Both the position numbers and the translations under genes were made by a program. From Epithemia pelagica (lineage: Eukaryota; Protista; Bacillariophyta): a stretch of 64,000 nt of DNA. Shown piece after piece: positions 1 to 11,933 of the stretch. Position 1 is the first letter of the stretch. Each line of letters starts with the position of its first letter. Under the pieces are notes generated by a model, which did not search any database, was not told the origin of the DNA, and was given only the letters and a program-made list of their open reading frames with translations. Where the stretch lies: positions 3,162,001 through 3,226,000 of the forward strand of contig OX337232.1 in NCBI GenBank assembly GCA_946965045.2. Direction: 5' to 3'.

Positions 1-104
1 CACTCCAACCAATCTCACGCCACGGTACCGTTTTCGTCGCATCTTTCTCTCTCTTTCTCGCATATAGCCTAATACCAATGGATCCCAATTCTTTATTTGC
101 ACAG

Positions 105-412
105 CAGATACGCCCTGGTTGAATGGTCCGTGTCATTCCTCGTGTCGTTTGTCCTAGTCGATTCTTGACGAATGCTCGAGAGGCCATGGTTGGAACACTC
201 ACTCACGTACAATGGCGATTGTTGTTCTTCTTGTTCTTGTTGTTGTTCTTTGTTGTCGTCGTTCCATTGGTTGGAACCTTTTCGCAGGTAAGCATGTGGT
301 CTTTGGAAAAGTGACCGACGGAATGGATGTCGTCAAGAAAATCTCTTTCAAGGGCAGTGAAGTGGGCAAACCCAAGGCCGAAGTCAAGATTGTCGACTGT
401 GGCTCTTTGTAA
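105..412 (+). CDS. Cyclophilin-type peptidyl-prolyl isomerase, 3' end (micro-exon ~105/108-125, intron 126-287, last exon 288-412)
   Basis: Splicing AAT G|gtccg...ttcgcag|GT AAG CAT gives [25 protein letters not shown]...VKIVDCGSL*, the cyclophilin C-terminal signature. The 5' exons are not resolved in this window. Confidence 0.88.
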
Positions 413-1147
413 AACAGCATCGGTTATTTTTTGTAACGAGAGGACCATATGAACGACGCACAAACGGATCTGTGGAAGAATGCGAATCGAAGTGGATCAC
501 ACCAAAGAAGAGAGCGTTTCGATAGGCAGTTTCCATCACTAGAAGATGACATTCGTTTCAGTCTCATAAGAAACGAGGAGGAGAGAAGGATCTTGCGTAA
601 AATGACATAGAAGAGTACCTTCTTCCTACCAGCGATTTCTCTAGCTCATCCACATCCACATAGGAGTAGCTAGGAGTACTTATCTACGAATAGCACAGCT
701 ACCTGCTACTCCTACATAGCGTCATCCGCGATCGTTACTTTTGGCGCACTCCAAAAGAACACGTCAGTTCGGAAGCAACATGACGATCGAGACGTTTTGC
801 TCTAGACAGAGAAAAGTCGACAGATGAGTTACTCCTATATGTTACATCAACATCAAAGAGCTTTGTCCCTGTCCCCGGTTCTATTGTTGTTGCTGCTGTG
901 GTTGTTGTTTCTCCACACTGGCTGGTGTATTTATAGCGGCGAGACGAAACTCCGTGGACAACTGCAGTGCTTTCGTGTACAAAGAGGCAACACACAAAGG
1001 GTGTGTACATTGAATTCGGAGCATCGTATCGGCTTTGCATACCGTGGTTGCCGCCGATTCTGGAGACACCCACTCCAACACCATCACCACCGCTAAAAGA
1101 CAGTACAATCCACGTGACACCAACACCAGCATCCTCCTCACACTATC

Positions 1148-2383
1148 ATGCACAAACCATTCCTTCCAAATCTCGTTTCCTCTTGGTTTTTCGTCTTCTT
1201 GTTTGTAACTCTTTCGGCTGTCGTTCGCGATTGGAGTGTTCCCACGGCTCACTCCTTTTCCAGTGTCACCTACCCATCCTCATCATTGGTACCGCACGGG
1301 TTTGCAGTGGCCAATTCTCCTTCTCCCACAAGTACAAGAAGAATTCAATTGACAAGACAAGGACAAATGACTCCACGAAAATCTGCCGCCATGGAAGTTG
1401 ATTCGACGGTTCTGGTCGAACCGACCGTCGATACAGCCACTCCTACTATCAGTGCTGGCCGAAACATGGATCCACTTGCCGCCGACACTCACAAAGCGGC
1501 ATCCTTGTTGTCGTCGTCGACCACGAACAAAAACCAGAAGACCAAGGTGATTTATGGGATTCGTCATGCCCGATCGGTATCGAATGAATACATGAGACAA
1601 CTAGCCTGGGGCGATGCCACCTTTTGTGACGATTTGAAATTTGTTGATTCGCCTCTGTCCACGGTCGGCATGGAACAAGCCGTGGCCTTGCACGACCAAT
1701 TGTGTCACGACGTGGCGGCAGCAGCCGACCAGGACCATGCCAACGACCAACCACCAGTAGTACCTCATTGGTTGTCCCAGGTCGAATTGGTCCTTGTCTC
1801 ACCCTTAACACGATGTCTGCAAACCTTTGAATATGGATGTCGGCGCGCACTCGATCAAGTCCAACAACAACAACAGGCATCCTCCTCCAAGGATCCTCCC
1901 CGTATTCTGGCCTTGCCCTTGGCCCGTGAACGGGTCTTTACCGCGGCCGAAACGGGACGACCCTTGTCCCAAATTCAAGCGGAATTTCCCAATCTGGATT
2001 GGAGCTTGTTTCATTCCCAGCATGACGACGACGACACGACTCTGGAACACCCAACGACGACGACGAGCGAGGAATGGTGGTATACGGGTTCCTCCGTGGA
2101 CGACGCATACCGCGAATGGCGACCGCATGGACAAGGTCAATGGTATGCCGTTCCGGGAGAACCGGACCAGGTCTTTGCCGACCGGATGCAAGCCTTGCAA
2201 GAGTGGATTGCCCTTCGACCGGAACACACCATTTTGTTGGTGACGCATTGGGGTGTGTTGCGACACTTGTCCCAGGATACGGTGGATCCCGACAATACCC
2301 AAGTCTGTCGATTGGAACTGCCCGCTTTGGTTCCACAACAGCAACAACAAGCACAAGAACAACAACAACCGGCGCAAGTGTAG
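1148..2383 (+). CDS. Histidine phosphatase (phosphoglycerate mutase-like) family protein, probably plastid-targeted
   Basis: Motifs YGIRHARS (RH phosphohistidine motif), DSPLSTVGMEQA, VSPLTRCLQT and LVTHWGVL. The N-terminal hydrophobic signal ends in AHS-F, resembling a diatom bipartite ASAFAP-type presequence. Confidence 0.85.
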   Translation: MHKPFLPNLVSSWFFVFLFVTLSAVVRDWSVPTAHSFSSVTYPSSSLVPHGFAVANSPSPTSTRRIQLTRQGQMTPRKSAAMEVDSTVLVEPTVDTATPTISAGRNMDPLAADTHKAASLLSSSTTNKNQKTKVIYGIRHARSVSNEYMRQLAWGDATFCDDLKFVDSPLSTVGMEQAVALHDQLCHDVAAAADQDHANDQPPVVPHWLSQVELVLVSPLTRCLQTFEYGCRRALDQVQQQQQASSSKDPPRILALPLARERVFTAAETGRPLSQIQAEFPNLDWSLFHSQHDDDDTTLEHPTTTTSEEWWYTGSSVDDAYREWRPHGQGQWYAVPGEPDQVFADRMQALQEWIALRPEHTILLVTHWGVLRHLSQDTVDPDNTQVCRLELPALVPQQQQQAQEQQQPAQV

Positions 2384-2978
2384 AAACGAAAAACTTTACA
2401 AAGACGACAAGAACAACTCCAATGCAGGGAGGGAAACCTCAAATGGTTTGTCGATGCGAGCCGTGGTTTGTGTTGTTGTTGTTCTTGTTGTTGGGCCATG
2501 ACATGACAATACTACAAACGTTACTATACAGTAGGGAGGACGATATGACTTTGTGTATGCTCCATTGGGATTCCTCCTCGTCTAATAAAAGAGAGTGAAA
2601 AATTGTCACATTGCTCTTCCTCCATATACACGCACAGTTCTACATCTATATTCCAAGCATCATCACCACCACAAGAGGAATCGGACGACACCATCCCATG
2701 ACACACAGAGAGAGAGTCTTGCATTTCGTTTCGTGAAACGAGCAACCGGCACGAACCATCCTTCTTCTTCTTTTGGAGCCATCTTCGTGTACCAACGCGA
2801 GTCCAATCCATTCGTTCATCCATTCTGTTCATCTGTGGTTCTTATTGGAGGATTTGTCGCCACGGTCCGAAAGAGGACGGTGGCTGACATTTATGTGCGT
2901 GCCTGCTTCTTGTTCTTGTGTGTATGTGTGTGTGTGTGTCATGGTCCCTGTAATGGCCGTGCATGGTTTGTGTTCTTT

Positions 2979-4430
2979 TCAATACCATGACCGCCCCCGC
3001 AAGCCCGGAAAGGGTACGGGAGGTGGCCGTGAGGACAAAGGATCCGTAGAGGAAGTCGTGCCTTGTGCTTGTTGTTGTGCTTGTTGTTGTGCTTGTTGTT
3101 GTTGCTGTGCTTGTGCTTGATACTGCGATCGCAATTGACAATTGGTATACAAGACATGAGCCGTCCACAAGGTTCGAGCCATGTCGTAATTGGGATCGTA
3201 CGAGGGACGAATGTGATCGTTGCGAAACATCAAGGCCGTCGAACGTTGCGACAAATCCATGGTGGTTTTCTTTTTCTTTTTGGGTTGTTTGGTGGTTGTT
3301 GTGTCGTTCTTGTTCTTTGTGTCGTCCTGTGGTGCTTCTCGTTGAAATTCCTGCACCTTGTCAACCATGGAGGGACACAGGAGGGTATGGACGTGTGACT
3401 GTCCCGACACGAGCGGCGCTTGTGACAGGACCGTGTACAGCGCAGGTCCCGTCGAGTCGTCATTGCTGGAGGAATCGTTGGACGATGAATTCGCCAAGTG
3501 GGGTTGCAGAAAATTCCATCCCACCGTCACGGCCAAACCCAATCCAATACTCATGACGGCATGCGTCAGGCCATTGGGAACCAAGAGGGCTCGATTCGTG
3601 GCTTGGACCGTTTGACGTTCCAAAAAGGATGGTTTGGGTGGCAAGGTGGAAGTCTTTGTTTTGGGTTTCTTGGTTTGGTTGAGGCGTTGCACCAATTGCC
3701 GTCTCCAGGGCGCCTTGGTGGATTGATGGAGGGAATGGCCCAATTCTTGAGCGGCCGCTTGTTGTTGTTGCGGGGAGGAATAGGTGGGAATCATGGCCAC
3801 CATGTTCCACAAGGCCGTGGCCGTGGGCGAATTCAACCAAGCTTGACCGGCTGGTGTGGCCCTCCACGTCAAGCCGAGATAGGTCGTGGTCGTGACCGTG
3901 ACAAACAAGTAGAGGGGATCCAGCAAGAGGGGGGCCAAGAGTTCGTATTCCAAGGCAAAGTCATCGTCGTCATCATTATTGCCCTGACTATTAGGATTCG
4001 TCGTTTGCGGGAGAACCGTATCGTCCTTCCACGCCGCAAATGGATTCTCATCGTCGTCTTGTGGCTCGTCTTTTCGCCACAGTGATGATAGAGTGTCGGA
4101 CCACCACTGAGGATTGGTCATCCACCACCCTCGTGAGGACGACCACGAGGTCCACACGAGTTGGGGGACGAGGCGTTGATAGACGATCGACCATATCGTC
4201 AATTGCAAATCCATGCGACACTTGGACAAGAACTCCACATCGTATTGATTCGCCAAGGATGCCACGGTAGGAGGTTGTGGTTGTGGTTGTGGTTGTGCTT
4301 GTGCCTGTAGTGGTGCAGACGGATTCGCGTGGTTGGTGGATGACTCTCTATCAGGTGATGCTATTGGAACCGTGGAATTGGATGGTGTGGTGGTTGTGGT
4401 CGAACTACTACGACTGGCAGTAGTACCCAT
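2979..4430 (-). CDS. Hypothetical protein (483 aa) with N-myristoylation-like start and hydrophobic segments
   Basis: Long ATG-initiated ORF. MGTTAS fits the MGxxxS consensus. It has 2-3 hydrophobic stretches and a complex C-terminal block (HVHTLLCPSM...MFRNDHIRPSYDPNYDMARTLW). No family recognised. Confidence 0.65.
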   Translation of the reverse strand: MGTTASRSSSTTTTTPSNSTVPIASPDRESSTNHANPSAPLQAQAQPQPQPQPPTVASLANQYDVEFLSKCRMDLQLTIWSIVYQRLVPQLVWTSWSSSRGWWMTNPQWWSDTLSSLWRKDEPQDDDENPFAAWKDDTVLPQTTNPNSQGNNDDDDDFALEYELLAPLLLDPLYLFVTVTTTTYLGLTWRATPAGQAWLNSPTATALWNMVAMIPTYSSPQQQQAAAQELGHSLHQSTKAPWRRQLVQRLNQTKKPKTKTSTLPPKPSFLERQTVQATNRALLVPNGLTHAVMSIGLGLAVTVGWNFLQPHLANSSSNDSSSNDDSTGPALYTVLSQAPLVSGQSHVHTLLCPSMVDKVQEFQREAPQDDTKNKNDTTTTKQPKKKKKTTMDLSQRSTALMFRNDHIRPSYDPNYDMARTLWTAHVLYTNCQLRSQYQAQAQQQQQAQQQAQQQAQGTTSSTDPLSSRPPPVPFPGLRGRSWY

Positions 4431-4986
4431 GGCAGTCTAGTCGAGGATCGTGATGGTCTGCTGGTCACAAAAAATTTTCTTTCTCTCGTTGCGTTTGTTT
4501 GTGCCGTCGATCACACTATACGGTAGAGAGTAGATCTCTCTCTCTCTCACACACACACACACCACTCTTTTTCTTTGTTGGTGAAGATGGATGCCACAAC
4601 ACACCAACTGCTTGTTCTTCTTCTTCTTCTTGTGTTTTGTGTCTACCGATATGTTATTGTTTCCGAGCAGCAAACGGTTCAATGTTCACTCTCCAGATCT
4701 GATGTGTAAGAAATGGCAGACTCGCTGTTGTTGTCGTCAAGGGATGAGGATCTTTTCGTGGTGGTGATGCGAAAGGAGGATTGGTGGGTGCGAGACGACG
4801 AGTGGCTTAGATCCAACGCGTTTGGGTCGCGTTAGAGTCTTTTTTGGTCGCATTTTCGGAAGGCCAATCCATCATCCATCAACCACACAGATTCATTCAT
4901 CACGTCTCTTGTGGACATGTGATTGTGGATCCATCATTCACTTTGTCTTTCTCTAGTGGTCCAATTTTCTCTACCAGCGGAGGCTT

Positions 4987-6726
4987 ATGCTTCCTGCTTC
5001 TAGGTCCACTGACTGTTCAAGAGTGTTCCAGATCAACCCTCTTTTCCGCAGAGCAAAGAAAGTCGTCGTCGTCGTCATGCCAACGCGAACTTTGGTCCAC
5101 GGTGCGACGACCAATCAGAGGATGAATCCAAGGATGAGAAGACGAAGAAGGTTTGCGTTTGTTGGTGTTCTTCTTGTTCTTGTCGTCGTCGTTGGATGTA
5201 GTTCGTCCTGGGGTTTGGTGGTGGTGCACGCCTTTGGTATCATTCGCACAACGAATACGAATAAGAAGATGAAGCATGGCATACCATCCAGAACAACAAC
5301 AACAACGACGACGACAAGACCAGGATCCAGTCCCTCGTCTCTGGAACCATCCTTCGGGATGTTGTTGCAAGAACGTTGCTCCCCGAATTCCGAACCATCA
5401 TCACAACAACAACCACATCATCAACCAACCTATCATGTCGTACAAGGAGTGCAATGTGTGGCCGTTTCCGTTCCCATGCCAGCCTTGGCCAATCACAATG
5501 ACAATAAAAATAACGACTCACCTCCAATCGTGACCATTCTCGAAGCCACTGCCACGGCACAAGATGAATTGGTCAATCATGCCTTGCTCACAGAACAAGA
5601 ATTGTTGCTGCAACAACAAGAACAACAAGACGAAACCGACGCGACGTCCACTGATTCGTCGTCGTCTGGTAGTGCCTCTCCATTGTTATTATTGTCGGCT
5701 GGCGATCCCTACGGTGCCGTCTTGTGGCCGGCCGCCGCCGTGGTGGCCCACACACTTATCCAGCAACTCGAGGCTCCAGCCAAACCTCCCAAAACGAAAT
5801 GGGTCTTGGAACTGGGAGCCGGAACGGGATTGGTGTCCTTGACGGCACTCTTGTGGAACCACAAGCAGCAACAGCAGCCGCAAGCACCATCATTCTCCTC
5901 CTACGTCAACCGTGTCGTGGCAACGGATTATGAACCCTTGCCCTTGGCCTTGCTCGAGCATGCGGCGCACCATTTGAATCATCCTCCAACAATCCTCTGG
6001 AATGACACCGGCAATAATAGCAAGGAGGATACCAATACGAATAGCACCTCTTCCTTGTCATCCTGGCAGGATCGATTGGAGTGTCGGTTACTCGATTTGT
6101 GCAATTTTACCCAACCCTTGCCCTTTCCCCACATTACAACCACAACACCAACACCAACGGACGACGACGACGAAGCCAACGACGAACAGGGCTTTGTGGT
6201 GGCGGCCGATATCTTGTACGAACCGCGGACGGGTCGGGCCATGGCGCATCGCATTGTGCAAGCCTTGTCGTATGCGTACCACCCACCAAAGGACGACACA
6301 AACGACCCTACGAATACCACGACGACCACCACCACGACCGAGTTGCAACTCTATCCACACAATCACCACATCTCTACTTCTTCCAGTAGTACTACTACTA
6401 GTACGACTCCTACCCGCATCAAGCCTCGTCGCTCCGTGACGGTCATTGTCGGCGATTCTCCCGGTCGACCGGGACGACCCATCTTTTTGCAAACCTTGCA
6501 AAGTTTGTTGCACAATGACCGGTTGGACTTTGCGCCCGTCCAAGGTTCCAAAGTCCATGGTCCTCGTCATGAACTCATTTGTGGACCCGGTTCTGAATCT
6601 GCCGCCACCGCCACCGCAACAACAACAACACCATCCAACGACAGCAACAATGACACACCATTGTCTTCGGCCGTCACAGTGGCCGTCCTCGTCTTGTCGT
6701 CCGACGACTATTATGCTACACTCTAG
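4987..6726 (+). CDS. Methyltransf_16-type (lysine) SAM-dependent methyltransferase, start codon uncertain
   Basis: Motifs DPYGAVLWPAA, VLELGAGTGLVSL (motif I), VVATDYEP and VVAADILYEP. A hydrophobic signal ending VHA-F suggests plastid targeting. Confidence 0.85.
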   Translation: MLPASRSTDCSRVFQINPLFRRAKKVVVVVMPTRTLVHGATTNQRMNPRMRRRRRFAFVGVLLVLVVVVGCSSSWGLVVVHAFGIIRTTNTNKKMKHGIPSRTTTTTTTTRPGSSPSSLEPSFGMLLQERCSPNSEPSSQQQPHHQPTYHVVQGVQCVAVSVPMPALANHNDNKNNDSPPIVTILEATATAQDELVNHALLTEQELLLQQQEQQDETDATSTDSSSSGSASPLLLLSAGDPYGAVLWPAAAVVAHTLIQQLEAPAKPPKTKWVLELGAGTGLVSLTALLWNHKQQQQPQAPSFSSYVNRVVATDYEPLPLALLEHAAHHLNHPPTILWNDTGNNSKEDTNTNSTSSLSSWQDRLECRLLDLCNFTQPLPFPHITTTTPTPTDDDDEANDEQGFVVAADILYEPRTGRAMAHRIVQALSYAYHPPKDDTNDPTNTTTTTTTTELQLYPHNHHISTSSSSTTTSTTPTRIKPRRSVTVIVGDSPGRPGRPIFLQTLQSLLHNDRLDFAPVQGSKVHGPRHELICGPGSESAATATATTTTPSNDSNNDTPLSSAVTVAVLVLSSDDYYATL

Positions 6727-7372
6727 TACGATATTCTCCATAAACCATTGCTGCCACAACGACGACAAGGACAAACTCCCTACATCCCTATATAGAGTAG
6801 AGGAGAATCCCATTCCACAACAACAGCAACATGGTTTTGAGAAAGTAGACAAAAGTCTCCATGTGTGTGTCATCACTACAGGAAACGAAAGATGCTACTT
6901 CTAATAGAGCGTGTAGAGAAGGGCCGATTATGGGTGACTTCTGCCCCCCAAAAACACGATTTCAATACCAAAAGCTCTCCTTCACACCCATATGATGGCA
7001 CAACAGACTGTGCTTTGTCACTCTAGCGAGAGTGGAGCGAGAGAATGGTTCCAGTGGTTCATCTCTTTCGGACCGCCCGCGACGAGAACAAGAGGCTCAC
7101 TATAGAGAAAGAGAGAGACAGAAAGAAGCGTGTACGTGTGTGTTGGTCCATAGAAAAAATAAAAAATAGTTCCACGAGAAACGGAGGCTCACCACAGAGA
7201 AAGCAACGTACTCGTGCGTGCCGGTCACTACCAACAGACAACAGACACAAGACAGAAATGGAACGAATCGGGTAACTCCTTGCGCACTAAGACCAAGTTT
7301 ATATTCAGTTATAGTTATATAGCTATACACATTCGCATGGGGACGACGGTTCGATCCAGATCATAACCAAGT

Positions 7373-9903
7373 TCACATCATGGACCTTGGAGATTGTTGT
7401 TGTGGTTGTGATGATGATGATTCGTCTGATTCTTGTTGTTGTCGTCGTCGTTGTCGTTCCTGTTGTTGCCGTATACCCCAATCCATGACTACGGTATGAG
7501 ACGCTGCTTGTTGTTGTTGTTGTCCAAGCTCGAATTCACCACAATTGGTTCGATACGAATGGTCGTAGGGTGGTAAAATGGGAGAGGTTGCCATGCGATG
7601 ATGATTGGTCGGAGGACTGCTCGTAGTCGTAGTCGGATGATGATGATGATTATGTGTGTGCAGCGTCAAGGCGGGAACACGGGGTGTGGGTGGCAACAGA
7701 GCCGAGCTGGTAGCAGCCGCCATGGTTGCAGTGGTTGCTTTGGAAGCGTCGGCAGTATCCTTTGTCGTCTGGTCCGTGGTGGGTGGCACAGTCGTCTCTT
7801 TGGGAGCCGACTTTGTGGGTGAGGCCCTGGTGGTCGTATGATTCGTTGGTGCTGCTGCTGGAGTGGCCGTCATGGTCCACGGAATGGGTTGTGCCAATTC
7901 GGGTGGATCGTCCGAAACTTCGTCGTCGTCTTCTTGTTCCAGTAGTTGTGCCAAGGGACTCGTCGTAGCGTTGTTGGTAGCGGCAGTTCGGATCATGGTG
8001 GTGGAAGGATGATAATGCATGGGTCGTAACAGTGGTTCTCCTTGAATGTATTCCCACAATCGCACGGAAATGGTGGTACCGGCCGATAACAAAATGCGAC
8101 CCACCAAGGGAATTTGCGGAAACCAAGGAACAAAACAACACAATTGTCGCAACAAGATATACACGGTCGATCCGGCACCGGTTGCCATGGCTGTGTGTGT
8201 TTCCAGAACAAACATGTAAAAAAATCACAAATCAGTACACAAGAACAAGCACCAATCATTTTGTCGAAACAATAAAAAATCATAGAGAGAGAGAGAGAGA
8301 GAGAGAAGTGAGATGACACCCTCGGAACTCGTTCCAGCACACCCACCACAACAATTGTGCGGTACGTACCATACGATTGTCCACCGACGGCCAAATGTCG
8401 TCCACACAAGACATCACGGGCAATGCCGCCAAAACAAATGGTAATGCCCGACGTGGCCGCCACGAGGGGATGCAAGCCCCGGACAATGGCCATGTGCACA
8501 CCCGTCACAGCCAAGGCGGACAAGGCCAAGGTATCGAGGCCGTACATAATGGGACTGGCATTGAATTTGTGACCAATCAAGAATTGCATTTCTTCAATTT
8601 CAATATAACCCGAATGATCGGTATCGACCAATTCAAACAAGAGCGCCGGATCAATCGTCGGATCAATCAAGGGTTTGTCCGATGGTGCGGTGGAATGACG
8701 GACCAAGGCGTGATGAGGATGATGCGCTGCATGGTGAGAGTCGTGGGAGGAAGAATCCTGCTGCTGAGAGGATCCTCCCGGAGCATGAGGAGGATGATTG
8801 GCATGAGTCGTGGCATGCCGATGAAAGAGGGATTCGGACGTGGAGGCTTCTCGTGTTTTGCGAGCGGCTGTATCGAGGGCGGACACGACGCGTTGCTTAA
8901 AGGCGGGATCGCGCCAACAGGCGCGACAAAAGGCCGCCTGCGAGACACTGCCATTGTCCTCGAGTTCGCCATGCAGTTCAAATTCGGTCCGCAATTCTTG
9001 TTGCGCCTGATGGCGACAATAGACGGGCCAGGCAAAAAAGGTGACCATACTGGCCAAGACGGCCACATAAAAGACGGTCGGATTGCGGACCCAATTGACG
9101 CCCGGTCGATCCAAGAGAGCCGAGGTGCCATACAATAAATTGTTGAGAGTGCCACCGCCCAAACAGGAAATGCATCCCACCAGTGTGGAAGCGACCAAAT
9201 TCATGCCTGCTTCACCGGCCATTTGCGTACCAACGACAGCAAAGAGGGTTTTGCCTCAGACATCGAGGGCAAACAAGAGTTGAGCACCCAACTTGTCCCA
9301 GGGCGTGGTGGGTTGTTCGACGGCCGACAAGCAAAATTCTCGAGCCCATTGTCCTTCGAGGGCTTGTCGACCGGCCGTCCGAAAGGCATGCACCGAAGAC
9401 AATTGAGAATTACTACTACTTCTTGCTGTTGTCGTGGATCCTTCAGCCCTACTGATATCCAACAATTTGCGTCGGAGCAGGTCAATTTCCGATTGGGTCA
9501 ATCGAACATTGGATTGTTGGGCCATTTGGGCCAAATCCATGAACGAATCGCCGCGATCCAATTCTGGATTGATTCGAGCCGACGTAAAAAACAAGCGAGA
9601 CGACGAGCCACGAAACGGACCACCACCACCACTTGTACTAGTAGTAGGGGAGGATTGGGGCCGTAGTTGAAGTGATCTGGTGGTTGCAAAAGTACTGCTG
9701 CTGCTGCTACTGGCGGCCAATGGCCTCCGAAATGCAAGCGACTGCAACGGTCTTTTCCAAGTCGTAGTAGAAGTAGTAGGAGTGGTTGTATTCGTCCTCA
9801 TCAGGCCTCCTCCTCCTCCTCGTGGCGGTTGGACTTGGAGTGATTCGAGCAGGGAGGAGGAAACCGTAGTAGATTTTGTGGGAGCAATCCGTGGTCGGAT
9901 CAT
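7373..9903 (-). CDS. TRIC/UPF0126 (glycine-transporter-like) membrane protein with inserted EF-hand; in-frame TGA at 9258-9256; intron 8369-8191
   Basis: Two UPF0126-like repeats: LDV*GKTLFAVVGTQMAG...LGGGTLNNLLYG and GLDTLALSALAVTG...FGGIARDVLCG. EF loop DTDHSGYIEIEE. Splicing TAT G|gtacgt...acacag|CC ATG gives SYAMATGAGSTVYILLRQL. ORFs 10056-9256 and 9222-7993 are in the same frame across one TGA. Confidence 0.78.
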
Positions 9904-11335
9904 ACTTCGTGCCGCCGGAGCACTGGTCGTTCGAGACGCCAAAAGAGCAAGGGAGGTACCATTTTTAATTTTGATGGCGAGACGGATGGGAGGATGATGA
10001 TACTCTAAAATACAAACAGGTTGATGGATGGGCCTCTCCCAAAACACTAAAGACACACCAAAGTTGAATGTGGTTTGGATGGCGCTGTCTTTGTTGTGTG
10101 CTCGGCTCCCTTCTTTTTTCTCTGCAATACTTTATTACTGTTCTCTATTCCAATTGCAATGGCCAATGGCCAACAGGCAAGAAGATCAAGATGATGATGG
10201 ACCGAGTTCGCACGAGAGGAAGGAAACCAAGAAGAGGGCAAGGAGAGAGCGAGCCGATGGATGGATCGCAAGAAACAAGAAGCAGCGAGGGTCGCAATTT
10301 CAGTCTAAAGTTCGCGCTAATACTCAATGACCTGGTGCACGCCGACCCATGCCTGGTTCTGACGGACACACCACAAGTTGGAACACACACACACAACAGC
10401 TGTGGAGAGACTAGCGCGAGTGTCCAAAGGGCACTTTACGAGGTGTTTAACTGTATGGAACGAAAAACATCGTTCTCGGCTCGACGGTTCCCTGATAGGT
10501 AGCTATCCTGGACGAGACGCATGCGCAAAGTCGTACTAATAGCATCCATTGGAAATTGGAGCCAAAACGAGCATCCGTCAGTGCAAGACATAGATAAAAA
10601 TTTTGTTCTCTGCCATTCTCCGTAAGTAGTCGTTCCAGGGGATGCCCCGTGGATAGTCTGTTCCACTTGGTATAGTTGTTGGAGCTGCTTTGTTATCCAT
10701 GACTTTGGCTTTCCCTGGCACCGGTCGTCCTTTTTGGTCAGTAGGTTTCTGGCAAACCCTTCTTGTCTTCTCCTCTCCAATCCTTGTAGGAGAAACAAGA
10801 GCCAAACAACACCCACCCAGCATGCCACGCAACAACAACAACAGGTACACCACACAGCCAATGATCCAACACACAACACCGGGTCGTTCCCCCCACCGCC
10901 TGAAACTGTAGTAGAGACAATGGCAAACACCACCAAAGGCAGCAGCAATTTGGAATGAAACACACTCTTTTGGTGGATCCATTTCAAAAGACGAGACCAA
11001 ACAGTTTGGAGACCAAATGACAAATCTCGTCGTGTTGCCAAATTTTTTTATCACCTCCAACACACATTCTTGGGTGTTCCTTCCAGTCTGTCTTTTTTCA
11101 GTAAGAACAGACTGGTGTCTCACGACACTTGCGGACACATCGCCACCCAAGGTGTCTCTACAACACGTGACTGTGGTAGCATCGCCACCAAAGGTACAAC
11201 AGGTTGAACAAGAGACAATAAGAGTGCGCTTCCGAGAGAGCTCACTGTCGAGTCTTTTTTTGCCACAGCTCATGGGTTGTCCACGATATTTGTGGTGTCC
11301 ACCAGAATAGACTGGTTCTACTAATACCACGTAGA

Positions 11336-11883
11336 TCACCCGTCTTGTGGTGACGACGACGACGACAAGGCCAAGAGACGAAGCAATTCGTGTCGTACAT
11401 GGGGATTGTCTTTTAACACCTGCCATAAAATTTGGGTTTGTTCGCGAGGCGACTGTCGTTGCAACAGGAGACGAGCCATGGTCGCTTCGTCGTCCAACGA
11501 CAAGAAGGATGAATCCAAAGGACTCCTTGTCATGAGTGGTGGTGCTCGAAGAGGTTGTTCGGGGAGTGACATTTGCATGGGATGGGGATACGAAATTGAC
11601 GGGGTACTAGTAGGGGCCCTGGAGGAAGGAGCGGTCACTGTCCGGAGCGAATTCCGTTCCATGGTCTGAACCAGGTTCCATGCCTCGACAAGGAGGGATT
11701 CCAAACGTTGGTTTTCTTGCAGGAATTGGTTCTGTTTGGTTTGCAATTCGGTTGCTTCGTCTTGCAACAATTTGTGTTCGGCCTTGCGGCGTTCTCGTTT
11801 TTCTCGGGAGTGAATGACATTGATGAGTCGTTTGCGTTTCCGTTCTTCTTCGGTGAGTCCTGGACCAGAGTGCGAATTGTTGG

Positions 11884-11933
<50 letters not shown>

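Noticed and set aside
7300-7372. Possible SECIS (ATGA-N9-AA-N15-GA on the - strand) in the 3' UTR of the TGA-containing gene
   Set aside because: The helix between ATGA and GA does not pair convincingly; a covariance-model search is needed.
10436-11426. Overlapping minus-strand ORFs of 201 and 282 aa
   Set aside because: No recognisable motifs, non-ATG starts, and a composition like intergenic or promoter DNA.
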